A DNA stretch of 64,000 nt from Blastocladiella emersonii ATCC 22665 (taxonomy: Eukaryota; Fungi; Blastocladiomycota), in assembly GCA_025594325.1 (NCBI GenBank), contig JANHCV010000001.1, positions 3,286,001 through 3,350,000 on the forward strand, written 5' to 3'. The position numbers and the translations under genes are program-made. Below the pieces are notes generated by a model that was not told the DNA's origin, did no database searches, and worked only from the letters and a program-made list of their open reading frames with translations. This document shows positions 11,318 through 22,660 of this stretch, one piece after another; position 1 is the stretch's first letter, and each line of letters begins with the position of its first letter.

Positions 11318-13619
11318 ATGTCGTCTGGCAAGGAGAACAACAAGAAGGCCGGCAAGGCTGCCAAGGGCGCCAAGGCCGCCGCCGGCGTGTGCGGCCTCGA
11401 GGGCGGCGCCGCCTCGTACCCGCTCGAGGTACGGCGGCTGTGCGACGTAGAAAGCCCGGCGGGTCAGATCGCTCACACGCACGCACGGATCGGATCGCGT
11501 AGGTCGCCCCCGCGCCCGAGTACATGGCCCACCGTATCGCCATGTTCGACAAGCTCAAGGCAGAGTACGACGCCGAGATCAAGAGTACGTGTGGTCCCGC
11601 TGCCGATCGGCCGCCTCCGAGCTCGTCCAACTGACCTCCGCGTCCGCCTGCTGCGCAGACAAGCCCCGTGAGGCCATCAAGGTGACGCTGCCCAACGGGT
11701 CGGTCCGCGACGGCACGTCGTGGGAGACGACGCCCATGGACATTGCCAAGGGCATCGCCAAGTCGCTGTCGGAGCGCGTCGTGATCGCCAAGGTGGACGG
11801 CGTGCTGTTTGACCTGGAGCGCCCGCTCGAGCAGTCGTGCAACCTCGAGCTGCTCGACTTCGAGAACGAGGAGGCGCGCGCCGTGTTCTGGCACTCGTCG
11901 GCACACGTTCTCGGCGAGGCGTGCGAGCGCCACTACGCGTGCCACCTGTGCATCGGCCCCCCGGTCGAGGACGGCTTCTACTACGAGATGGCGATCCCGA
12001 GCGGCCGCCCCGTGACGCAGGGCGACTACCCGGCGCTCGAGACGCTGGCCGGCAAGATTGCCCAGGACAAGCAGCCGTTCGAGCGGCTGGTGCTCAAGAA
12101 GGAGGACCTGCTCGAGATGTTCAAGCACAACCCGTACAAGGTGCACATCATCCAGGACAAGATCCCCGACGGCACGTCGACCACCGTGTACCGGTGCGGC
12201 CCGCTCATTGACCTGTGCCGCGGCCCGCACGTGCCGCACACGGGCCGCATCAAGGCCTTCTCGGTGATGAAGAACTCGGCGTCCTACTTCCTTGGCGACG
12301 CCAAGAACGACTCGCTGCAGCGCATCTACGGTGTCTCCTTCCCCGACAAGAAGCAGCTCGCCGAGCACAAGAAGTTCCTCGAGGAGGCGGCCAAGCGCGA
12401 CCACCGCAAGATCGGGCGCGAGCAGGAGCTCTTCTTCTTCCACGAGCTGTCGCCCGGGTCGGCCTTCTTCCTGCCGCACGGGTCGCGCATCTACAACGCG
12501 CTGGTCGAGCTGCAGCGCACCGAGTACCGCAAGCGCGGGTTCCACGAGGTGGTGACGCCCAACGTGTACAACACCAAGCTGTGGGAGACGTCGGGCCACT
12601 GGCAGAAGTACCAGGAGAACATGTTCTCGTTCGACGTGGAGAAGGAGCAGTTTGCGCTCAAGCCCATGAACTGCCCCGGCCACTGCGTCATGTTCGGCCA
12701 CCGCGTGCGGTCGTACAACGAGCTGCCCCTGCGCCTCGCCGACTTCGGCGTGCTGCACCGCAACGAGTACTCGGGCGCCCTGTCGGGCCTGACGCGCGTG
12801 CGCCGGTTCCAGCAGGACGACGCGCACATTTTCTGCACGGGCGACCAGATCGAGGACGAGATGGAGTCGTGCCTGTCGTTCCTCAAGGACATTTACGGCA
12901 TCTTCGGGTTCACGTTCAGCCTGCGGCTGTCGACGCGGCCCGAGAACTACCTCGGCGAGATCGAGGACTGGGACGCGGCCGAGAAGCGTCTCGAGAACGC
13001 GCTCAACAAGTCGGGCTACCCGTGGGAGCTCAACCCCGGAGACGGCGCCTTCTACGGGCCCAAGATCGACATCACGATCAAGGACGCGCTGCGCCGCGCG
13101 CACCAGTGCGCCACGATCCAGCTCGACTTCCAGCTGCCCGAGCGGTTCGACCTGACGTACCGCACGGCCGAGTCGGGCGAGGGCAAGGAGTGGAAGCGGC
13201 CCGTGATCATCCACCGCGCCATCCTGGGCTCGGTCGAGCGGTTCATTGCGATCCTCACCGAGTCGTTTGGCGGCAAGTGGCCGTTCTGGCTCTCCCCGCG
13301 CCAGGCGCTCGTCGTGCCCGTGGCGCCCGTGTACAACGCGTACGCCAAGGAGGTGGCGTCGACGCTGTGGGACGCGGGCTTCTACGTCGAGGCGGACCTG
13401 ACCGAGTTCACGCTCAACAAGAAGGTGCGCAACGCCGAGATCGCGCAGTGGAACTTCATCCTCATTGTCGGCGGCGAGGAGGAGGCCGCGCGCGCCGTCA
13501 ACGTGCGCAACCGCGACGACGCCGGCACCAAGGCCAAGGGCCAGATGGTCTCGCTCGTCGACCTCCAGGCCAAGTTCGCCCAGCTCAAGGAGTCCAAGAC
13601 CATGAACAACGCGCTTTAA
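11318..13619 (+). CDS. THS1: Threonyl-tRNA synthetase, cytosolic type (TGS, editing, catalytic and anticodon domains)
   Basis: [87 protein letters not shown]. Two short 5' introns. Confidence 0.98.
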
Positions 13620-14669
13620 GCGGTGTTGCGTACCGACGTGGTGGCGTGTGTGTGTGCGTGTTGAGAACGGAGAAGAAGTAGTGATCTGAATAGCAGAAGA
13701 AGTTGCATCTGACCTGCACCTCTGAGAAGCGACGCGACGACGGTGAGCAGCGGAGATGTGGCAAGAGCGACGCGTCACGTCACGGTCACCGCGGCGGCGG
13801 CCTCCGTGGTCGCGCTCCGCTCTCCCCAACGCTCCGCGGAACCGTCGCTCCCGCAACGTATCTCGCCGCAGGCACTCGGCGCAACGTAGTCAGTCAGCTC
13901 AGCTCGCCGTGTACGCGTCACTGGCACTCCATGTAATCTCGCCCGTACGGCACGCTGACCGGACGCGCGCACACGCCTCTAGCCCTCTGCCGATTTGCCC
14001 AAGCTGTGGGACCCGCACGTCTTCCTCGCCTGGCTCCTCGCATTCCTGCGCTCCCTGCACCGGTCGCTGCGCCGCGGTTCTTCTTCATCTCCGGCGACGA
14101 GTCCACGCGCCGCGGAAGGGGGGTCTGCTCCTGCTCATCCGCCGCCTGCCGACCCGTCATCCCCTCCATCTCCATCCCCGGCCCGCGCGGCCGACTCGGT
14201 CGAACTCGTCCCCGTCGCCAAGGTGGAGTCCTCTACCTCGTCCTCCTCGCCCGCGCCGCCGCCGCCGTCCGCCAACGGCCTACTCGCCGTCGCTGCTGCT
14301 CCCGCTGCCATTGAGCCGACCAGCCTCGCCACCTCGTCCGATCCACCGAGCGAGACGCCCGAAGACGACGACGCCGACGACGAGGAAGCTGCTGCCGCCG
14401 CCGTCGCCCCCCTCCTGTGCTCCAGCTCCAGCCCTACCCCGACCCCGTCGCGCCCGGGCACGCCCGCGTCGTCTTCGTCGCGTACTCGGCTCGGCTCCAC
14501 CCTCGACGCCGACTCGTCCTCTTCTGCTTCCGCTACGCGGGACCGTGACGAGTGCACCCCGTCCTCGGCCAAGCGCCGCCGCGTCTCCACCGCCTCCTCG
14601 GCTTCGTCGTCGTCTGCGGCCACTACGCCAACCGCTCGCGCCCCCATCACCTCTCGCATCGCCACCACC

Positions 14670-17070
14670 ATGGAGTCCGCCAACGGCCACGCCGACCCGG
14701 CTGCCCCCGCCACCGCCGCCGTCAACGGGAACGCGCACCTGCCGCAGCACGTCGACCTGCTCAGCCCGCACGGCACCTACCGCGTCGGCCGCACCGAGCT
14801 CGTCCGCCTGCTCGTTGATGAGCTGCGCTCGCTCGGCTACGAGTTCGTTACCGACCGCGTGACTGGCGCGAGTGATTGGTGCTGACTCGATCCCCCGAAC
14901 GTGTAGCGGGAGCGCGTCGGCGCTCGAGGCCGAGTCGGGCGTGACCTTCGAGCACCACATTGTGCGCGACTTCCGCGCGGCCGTCCTCGCCGGCGAGTGG
15001 GCCGAGGCCGAGCGGCTGCTCGACCATGCGCAGCTCGCCATCCCCGAGAAGCGCCGGTTCGCCGCCAAGTTCCTGCTCAAGGAGGAGCGGTACCTCGAGG
15101 CGCTCGAGGCCGGCAACGTGGCCGTGGCCCTGCAGGTGCTGCAGACCGAGCTCGCCCCGCTCCAGCACAACCTGCCGCGCCTGCACGCGCTGTCGAGCTT
15201 CCTCATGTTCACGGACCCGGCCGAGCTCCGCGCCCAGGCGCACTGGCCGGGCGTCGCCGGCGGGTCGCGCCAGGCCGTCCTCGAGCGCGTCCAGGCCGAG
15301 ATCCCGCCCTCGGTCATGGTCCGCCCGCGCCGACTCGAGGAGCTCCTCGCCCAGGCATTCCTCCTCCAGGAGTCGCGGTGCACCTACCACAACCTCCCGT
15401 CGGGCGAGGCCGCGGTCCGCCCCGCGATCCTGTACGCCGACCACACGTGCGACGCCGCCGCCAACTTCCCCGCGCGCTGCTCGGCCGTCTTCACCGACCA
15501 CAACGACGAGGTCTGGCACCTCGCCTTCTCCAACCGCGGCGACCGGCTCGCGGCCGGCGGGAAGAACGGCAAGACGTATATCTGGGACATGCAGGTGCGC
15601 TACTCGCTTGCTCTTATTTCCGACGTTCGCTCGACTGACACATCGTGCGATCTCATGTAGACCAAGAAGTCGACGGCGCTCCTCGAGGGCCACACGGACG
15701 CGGTCGCGTTCCTGTCGTGGAGCCCCGACGACACGGTGCTGCTGACGGCGAGTAACGACAACACGGCGCGGCTGTGGTCGACGACCTCGGGCGAGCTGCA
15801 GCGCACCATCTCGGCGCACGAGGAGGCCGTGACGGCGTGCGGGTGGCTCCCCGACGGCGAGCACTTCATCACGGGCGGGCTCGACAAGAAGCTGGTCGTG
15901 TGGAAGTGCGACGGCACCCAGGTCCACGCGTGGACCGGCCACCGCGTCACGGACCTGTACGTGAGCGCCGACGGCCGCGTCGTCGTGGCCGCGTCCACCA
16001 GCCACGTCCGCATCTACGACCTCGCCACCTACGCCGAGATCCTCAGCTTCGAGGAGGCCGACGCGATCACGTCCCTGTGCCTCTCGCGCGACGCCCGGTT
16101 CCTCCTCACCAACACGTCCCAGCAGGAGCTCCACATGTGGGACCTCCGCCCCGCTGGGCCCGCAGGTAACGTGCAGGCGAACGGGTCTGCGGGATCGTCG
16201 GCGGTCCACTCGCGCGCGACCACGGGCGGGTCCGCGGCCGGCGCCGGTTTCGAGGCTCCGCCGTACCCGCTGCTCCACCCGGCGCAGCCCACGTCGCTCG
16301 GCACCTTCCTCTCGCAGTGGCCCGCGATCGGAGGCCCGCCCGCGTTCATGCCGCTCGGGCCCTCGGCCAACCTCGGCGGCGGGCGTAGCGCCGGCGCGTC
16401 GGCTGCCGCCCCACCGACGGGCAGCGGCCACGTCCTCGCAACGGCGGCCGCGACCGCGTCCGGCGGCACCTACCTCCCCGGCAGCTCGCCCGCGTCGCTA
16501 CTGCGCAACCCGCTCACGGCGCCGCAGGCGCAGCTGCTCCAGCTCCAGCAGCAGCAGCAGCTCGCGCAGCTCCAGCAGCAGCAGCAGCAGCTCCTACAGC
16601 TCCAGCAGACCCAGCGGTCGCGGCAGGCGTCTGCCAACAACGCTGGTGGTGCGGTGGTGCCCGCAGGGGGACCCGCGCTGCTCGCGCCGCAGCTGGTGCG
16701 GCGGTTCAAGGGCCACAAGCAGGGCCGGTTCGTGATCCGCAGCTCGTTTGGCGGCGCCGGCGAGGCCTTTCTCGTGTCCGGGTCCGAGGACTCGCGGGCG
16801 TACATCTGGCACCGCGCATCCGGCGACCTCCTCGCGAGCCTCGAGGGACACACGGCGACCGTCAACGCGGCCACGTGGAACCCCGCGGTGCCCGGCATGC
16901 TCGCGACGTGCTCGGATGACGGGACGGTGCGAGTGTACGTTACTTCAGCGGTGGGTGTGGGGGATGATGGGGCAATGGCTGACTTGAGTTTGCGCGCGCG
17001 TATAGGTGGACCCCCAAGGCCGGGATTCCCGGGGTCTAACGGTGTCGTAGGAAGCGGTTTTGTGGTTTGA
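14670..17070 (+). CDS. WDR26: LisH/CTLH plus WD40 protein, WDR26/GID7 subunit of the CTLH E3 ligase
   Basis: ELVRLLVDELRSLGY|..SASALEAESGV, FRAAVLAGEW, YLEALE, PRRLEELLAQA, FTDHNDEVWHLAFS, FKGHKQGRFVIRSSFGG and SGSEDSRAYIWH. The first ATG is at 14670, but the frame is open upstream to 13983. Confidence 0.9.
16546..16590 (+). repeat. Imperfect CAG repeat (polyQ) within the WDR26 low-complexity insertion
   Basis: Runs of CAG encoding LQQQQQLAQLQQQQQQ. Confidence 0.8.
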
Positions 17071-17277
17071 AATGTTGATATCAATCGAGTCCAGTGTAAC
17101 TTGATGATGGTCTGGGTCTGTGAGGTCGTCGGCGTTCAGGTCTCCCGAAACGAGCGAGCCGCGGACGCGTCGCGCCACACCACACGACTGCGTGCAGTCG
17201 CTCAAACGGCGGCCACCCTCGCTTCGCCACGTTAATCGCAGCCCACGCAACGGAAAGCAAATGAACTTGGCGCAACC

Positions 17278-19576
17278 ATGAGCGCCACGCTCAGCTCGCA
17301 GGATGAAAAGGACATCTGGACTTTGACGGCGATCGGCACCACGGCCGCCGTGCTGCTCGTCGGCGGAATCGCGTACTGGCTGTACTCGTCGTACAGCGTC
17401 CCCAAGGACGTGCAGCGCGCCGACCAGCTGCAGCGCTCGCTCGACGCGACGCGGCTCGTCGAAAACTACCGGTGGCAGGTCGAGATCCTCGGCCGCCTGC
17501 CGCGCCCGTGGGTGAGCTGGACGTCCATGAAGCCTTACGTCTGGGAGAACGCCGCATCGCTCGCGTCGCTCGCCGCGCTCGTCGTTTCGGTCGTTCTCCT
17601 GATCACGGGGTTCCTCCTGAGCCCGTGGGTTGACGACCGCGACGATATTTTGTCCGCGGGCATGCTCACGTTCACGCTGTCGAGCAACCTGTTCGTCATC
17701 TTCCGGCAAGTCATCTACTACCAGGAGAAGCAGCGTGTGGGCGGGGCGGCCGCCGTGGATGCCGGGTTCATGCCCGCGTCGACCATCGAGGACGACTACG
17801 CAGTCCCCGCGGGCGCAATCGCTCCGCTCGCGGTCCCGCCATCCCCGTCGCCGCTCGCGTCGCCGCAGCTACCGCCGAGGCGCGAGCGGCAATCCGCAGC
17901 GGTTCCAAGCTCACCGTCGCTCGGACCCGCCGCTGCCGTCGCCAAGTCGCGGCCGCGCACAACCACCAACGGGTCGTCCACGGGCTCCGGGTCCGCCACC
18001 CCGTCAACGTCGGCCGCGCGGCTCCAAGCGTACACGACGGCAACGCAGGGCGGGACCGGCGCGCCGCAGCTGTCGCTTACGCTCGACGACCACACGCTCG
18101 ATATCCCGACTTTCTACAGCTTCAATTGGACGTTCCGCAACGCGCTGCAGGTCCTGATCATCATCGTCGAATTCATCCAGCTCATCTCGTTCCCGCTGCG
18201 CGACCTGTTCAACAACCCGGCGCTCGTCAGCTCGCCCGGCACGTCGACCATGGTCAAGGTGTTCGACAACGTGATCCGCATCTTCACGCTGATCCCGGAC
18301 CAGTTCTCGGCGCGCATCCTGTTCCAGGTGCAGTTCTGGGGCTGCTTCACCGTGATCCTGCTCGGGCTCGCCGTGGCCGCCGGGTACGGCGTCGCCAAGC
18401 ACAAATACAACCGCGACTGGCCGCTCGAGTGGGTCTTCACGCTGGTCCCGTTCGCGTCCATCTTCTACCTGCCGGTTCTCGTCACCTTCGTGTCGTCGGC
18501 AGCGTGCATCACGCAGACGTCGTACAAGTCGCAGGCCCTGCGGTGCAACAACCAGCTCGGCAACGAGGTTCTCTACTTCGTCTGTTCGATGGTCGGGTTC
18601 GTCGCGAGCTACCTCCTGCTCACGCTGTTCCTCTCGTCGGACGAGCGGCGGCCCGTCGAGGGCGACATCACGTTCAAGTCGAGCTCCGTGGCCTTCAGTA
18701 CGTTCGAACTTCTCCCTCCTGCGCGTTCGCGGCGCGCGCTAACCCTCTCGTCTAACATAGTGAAGAACATGGGGTTCCTGCTCGTCATCGTCTCGCTCCT
18801 GATCCCGGCGCAGAAGCCCGTCGTCCGCGGGCTCCTCTCGCTGATCATCATCATGACCATGTGCGCTTACAACATCCGCAAGCGGCCGTGCTACGTTTAC
18901 TCGGTACTCTGGCCGCCCTTCTCACACCTCGTTCACGCCGCGTCCCTGACCATGGCCCGCCCGCGTGTAGATCAACTTCCTACGGACCGGCACCCTGTCC
19001 ATGATCCTGTGGGCGACCACGGTTGTGACGCTGCTCAACGACATCGACATCTTAACGCAGGTCGGGCCCAAGACGCTGTGGATCAGCTTCGGCCTCGGCT
19101 GGTCCGCGCTCATCGCCCTGTTTATCGTCACGTTTCGCGTCCACATGCGCGTCCGCGACCTCAAGCTCCGCATCCTCCTCCCGAATCAGCAACAGCAGCG
19201 CGCGGGCCGCGGCGCCGGACGCGTGTCGCAGACGAGCAGCGGGAGCGGGATCGCGCCGCCGCCCATGTCGAGCGCCGGGTCCGAGGCCGCGTCAAGCAGC
19301 AGCAGCAGCAACAGCTCGGCCGCGACGCTGGTGGTCCCTGCGTCCGCGGCCGCGGGTGCACGCGTCGCGACGGTCGGCCGGCCACCGCGGCAGTCCGTGT
19401 CGTCCAACGCGCTTCAGCGGCCGCCGCTTCCGAGTCAACCACTTCCTGATCCCGTCGCGATCGGCACGCGCGGCCCATCCGGTCCCGCGTCGTCGACGGC
19501 CGTCACGATCAGCCCGGTGTCGGCGGGCGTCGTCCATCGCGTGACTCCCAGCGCGAGCGGACGCGACTCACTTTGA
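17278..19576 (+). CDS. Uncharacterised polytopic membrane protein (about 3 N-terminal and 7-8 C-terminal hydrophobic segments), spliced
   Basis: Long GC3-biased ORF with repeated hydrophobic blocks separated by a Ser/Pro-rich linker. Introns near 18700-18760 and 18900-18970 link it to INFLRTGTLSMILW. Confidence 0.7.
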
Positions 19577-19732
19577 CCGGCGCGACCTCGACTCGTCCTC
19601 GGACGCGACCCTGAGTGAACCATGCATGGAGTAGAACAATGAAACATATACTGGGTGAAACATGACAAACATCTTGATGTACAGGTAGTGGGGGAGGTCG
19701 CAGCGGCTGGGCTGAGCGACCGACGGTTGAGC

Positions 19733-21004
19733 TTAGAGACCGACGGCCTTGCCCGCCTCGACGACACCGCCCGCGAGCGAGAGGGCCGTGGCGGCAGCCC
19801 CAGCAACCGCGTCCGTAGCCCCACCCACGACCGGAATGGGAGCAGCGACTTCCTGGACGATGCCCGCCGCCGCGCCCGCGAGATCCGCGGCCGAGCCCAC
19901 GATATCGCCCGCCGTGCCCGCGATGCCGAGGCCCTTGGCGCCCGCCGAGCCCTTTGCGCTGCCGCCACCGCCGAGAAGGCCCCCGAGGCCGCCGGCGCCG
20001 CCTGCCAGGCCCGTAACCGCCCCGACAGCAGCCCCGGCCGCGTCGGCCGCCCCACCCACGATCGCATCGACGCCCAGACCGCCCAGAAGGCCGCCCGTCG
20101 AGGACTTTCCGGCCGCGCCCGCACCGGCTCCAGCGCCGCCCTTGGCCCCGCCGCCGCCGAGAAGGCCGCCGAGGCCGCCTGCGCCGCCTGCCAGGCCCGT
20201 GACAGCCCCGACCGCTGCGCCCGCCGCGTCCGCCGCCCCACCCACAATCGCGTCGAGGCCGAGTCCGCCGAGCAGGCCGCCCGTGGCCGACTTGCCGGCA
20301 CCGGCCGCAGGGGGAGCAGGGGCCGGAACGGGGGCAGGGGCCGGGGAAACGACCTTCTTGCCCGCGCCGACGTTGCCCGAGGCCTGGCCGCCGCCCGAAA
20401 CTGCGCCACCCGCCTGCGCGCCACCTGCGTGAGCGCCCGAGCCGGTCTGAGCGCCACCCGCAGCTGCGCCACCGGCATGAGCACCGGCACCCGCCTGCGC
20501 GCCGCCTGCAGCTGCGCCACCCGTCGTCGAAGTGTGGCCCGACGCGCTACCGGCCGCAGAACCCGACGCCGAGCCCGACGCGGCGCCCGCGTTGTTGTTG
20601 CCGAACGAAATCGAGCCGCCGACCACGTAGCCGTTGCCGTTGTTGCCCTGGCTGCTGCCGACCGCGGCGTTGACGGGGGCCGACGCAATGGACGCGACCG
20701 GCGCGTTGCCGGCAGCGGCCGAAGCCGACTTGGCGGCGGCCTCGAGGGCCGCGTCGGGAGCGTCAATCGGGTCCTCGTCGGGGATGACCGCGGGGACGAC
20801 GGCCGAGTTGTCGGCGATGCCCGGCGTCGGGATGGCCTTGAGGTCGACGCCCGGCGCCACGTACACGGCGTTGTCGTTGGGCGCGATGCCGCTCACCTCG
20901 CTGCCGTTGGGCGACGGGATGGGCGAGGCCGAGACCGCGGCGAGCGAGAGCAGCGCGGCGGCCGCGATGATGGAGACCTTGGAGGAACGGCGAGTCGACG
21001 ACAT
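19733..21004 (-). CDS. Secreted Gly/Ala-rich low-complexity repeat protein (423 aa)
   Basis: Signal-peptide-like MSSTRRSSKVSIIAAAALLSLAAVSA followed by SPIP. Single exon, Gly/Ala repeats, upstream TATA-like box. Confidence 0.8.
   Translation of the reverse strand: MSSTRRSSKVSIIAAAALLSLAAVSASPIPSPNGSEVSGIAPNDNAVYVAPGVDLKAIPTPGIADNSAVVPAVIPDEDPIDAPDAALEAAAKSASAAAGNAPVASIASAPVNAAVGSSQGNNGNGYVVGGSISFGNNNAGAASGSASGSAAGSASGHTSTTGGAAAGGAQAGAGAHAGGAAAGGAQTGSGAHAGGAQAGGAVSGGGQASGNVGAGKKVVSPAPAPVPAPAPPAAGAGKSATGGLLGGLGLDAIVGGAADAAGAAVGAVTGLAGGAGGLGGLLGGGGAKGGAGAGAGAAGKSSTGGLLGGLGVDAIVGGAADAAGAAVGAVTGLAGGAGGLGGLLGGGGSAKGSAGAKGLGIAGTAGDIVGSAADLAGAAAGIVQEVAAPIPVVGGATDAVAGAAATALSLAGGVVEAGKAVGL
19840..20300 (-). 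repeat. Internal tandem repeat, about 186-bp (62-aa) period, two copies plus a degenerate partial third
   Basis: GKS(A/S)TGGLLGGLG(L/V)DAIVGGAADAAGAAVGAVTGLAGGAGGLGGLLGGGG occurs twice. Matching nucleotide blocks start at 20041 and 20227. Confidence 0.85.
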
Positions 21005-21199
21005 GTTGATGTTCTTGGTGATGGTGTAGGGTGTAGGGGAGGGGAGGGAGAGGTTGGTGTATATACACGAGGGGTTGCTCAACCAGGAGCTGTATGAAAG
21101 TGTAGGGTAGGGGGGGGAGGCGAGCTCGCAGAGCTCTAGAGGGCTGTATACAAGAGGAGGGGATGCTGGCAGAGGGTTGAGGTGCGGGGGACGGCCTGG

Positions 21200-21207
21200 T
21201 TTATATA
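21200..21207 (-). promoter_or_regulatory. TATA-like box (TATATAAA) upstream of the Gly/Ala-rich gene
   Basis: About 196 bp upstream of the ATG at 21004. Confidence 0.35.
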
Positions 21208-22660
21208 GACGGGCCTCAACGCCTGGGCCGCAGCGCGAGAAGAACCTGGCCCTCGAAGAGTGCGTACGGCGTGCAAACAGCGTGCTTGCAAAGGAGGGAA
21301 GCCGCAGCGAGGCTTTCAAAATGAACAAATTTGGCTAAGCCACCCCGCTCCCTTGTGAAAGCGTCGCGTCACGCACGATCCCTTCACGTCGATTACCGAC
21401 CTCTGTGACGTAATTCCCGCTGCTGCGGTTCAAATGAATTACTGCGTGCACGCGCGAGTTAACTGCGGACTTGATGCGCCGCGACGCAACGGCCGGTGCA
21501 ACGGCGCGCGTGGAGCGGCGCGTGGAGCTCGTCCTGTCCCGAGGGCACTCGGATGCGCGCCACGAGTCTCAGGCTGGCTGTGTCACGGTTCGCCATGTGG
21601 CGCTCAGAGTCTTTCCGTGTACTTCCGGCTTTAAACTTGATCGCGGCCGGGAAGGCGCAAGGACCGGCAAGAGCGACGTCAAGTCGCCAGCGATGCTCAG
21701 CAGGCAAGGCAGGAAATCGGCTTCGCATCCGCTCACGGACCCTGCCACAAAGTTGATCCTACCGTGTCCAACAGGACACGGACAGTTGCTTGCCTGGTCA
21801 CTCGCCTGCCGCGCTTCACTCGCGCCTGTCGCTGCCTCCAAGTTGCTCCCGCGGTGCGACACCCTTCCAGGCACCGAGCCCTGATGCTACGTTGTTCAAT
21901 CCTGGGTAAACACTCCCAAACTCGCGTTCCGAGAAGATGACACAAGTCGTGCGAGCCACGCTGCTGCGGACGGGCTCAAATCTCCGGAGGACAAGCGGTG
22001 CAGCGGCGCAAGGCTTCTCTGTCCCGCGTCCGAACGCACGGAGCTTGAGATAACCAGCTTGGTGCATACCCGTAGCGCTGTGACTACAACAAGTGAGTCG
22101 AACCAAACGTCCAGCAATGAAATGCGAAGCCGTCGCACGAGAGCACATGTCCGTGCAACGTGGTTGCTCCCCGCACTCCCGTCAGGGCAGTTTCGCTACC
22201 CTCGGTTTCACAAACTCGTTCGTGTATGTGATTCCTTCGCGACTTTGTGTGTGCCGACAGCAGGAGTGCCCATCACGTCGACAGCGCGCGAGCGCGGCGT
22301 CGCGGAGACAAACGCGTCTCGCAGCGGGCACGTGGGGCGCGAGGCGCGCCTCGAAAACACGTGCCCGTTTAATGAGCCGGCGAGTGCAAGCCCCGCCAGT
22401 CCGCCACGGCCGTTCAGTCGCCGACCGGCCGCTTCTTCGGCGCCAACGGACACGAAGCTCGAAGCCACCACCACTCCGTGCAATGACCGGTCGTGCGGAA
22501 GCCAGGGTCGGCAGCGACCCGCCTCTCTCCCCGCCGCCTCGCTTCGGCTGCTCTCGTCTTCCTCCTCGACACGCATCAACCCGTCCCTGACGCTGCTGGC
22601 CAGCTCGCGCAACACCTCTGTACAGCTCGCACACCACCGCCACCCCGCCATCGCCCAACC

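Noticed and set aside
5812-13619. Threonine synthase and threonyl-tRNA synthetase within 4 kb of each other
   Set aside because: Two unrelated genes lie between them and I see no shared regulatory element. Chance is a sufficient explanation unless synteny shows conservation.
21330-22600. Several short ORFs in the long intergenic region before Nox
   Set aside because: There is no codon bias, motif or similarity to other window sequence. It is treated as regulatory or intergenic DNA.
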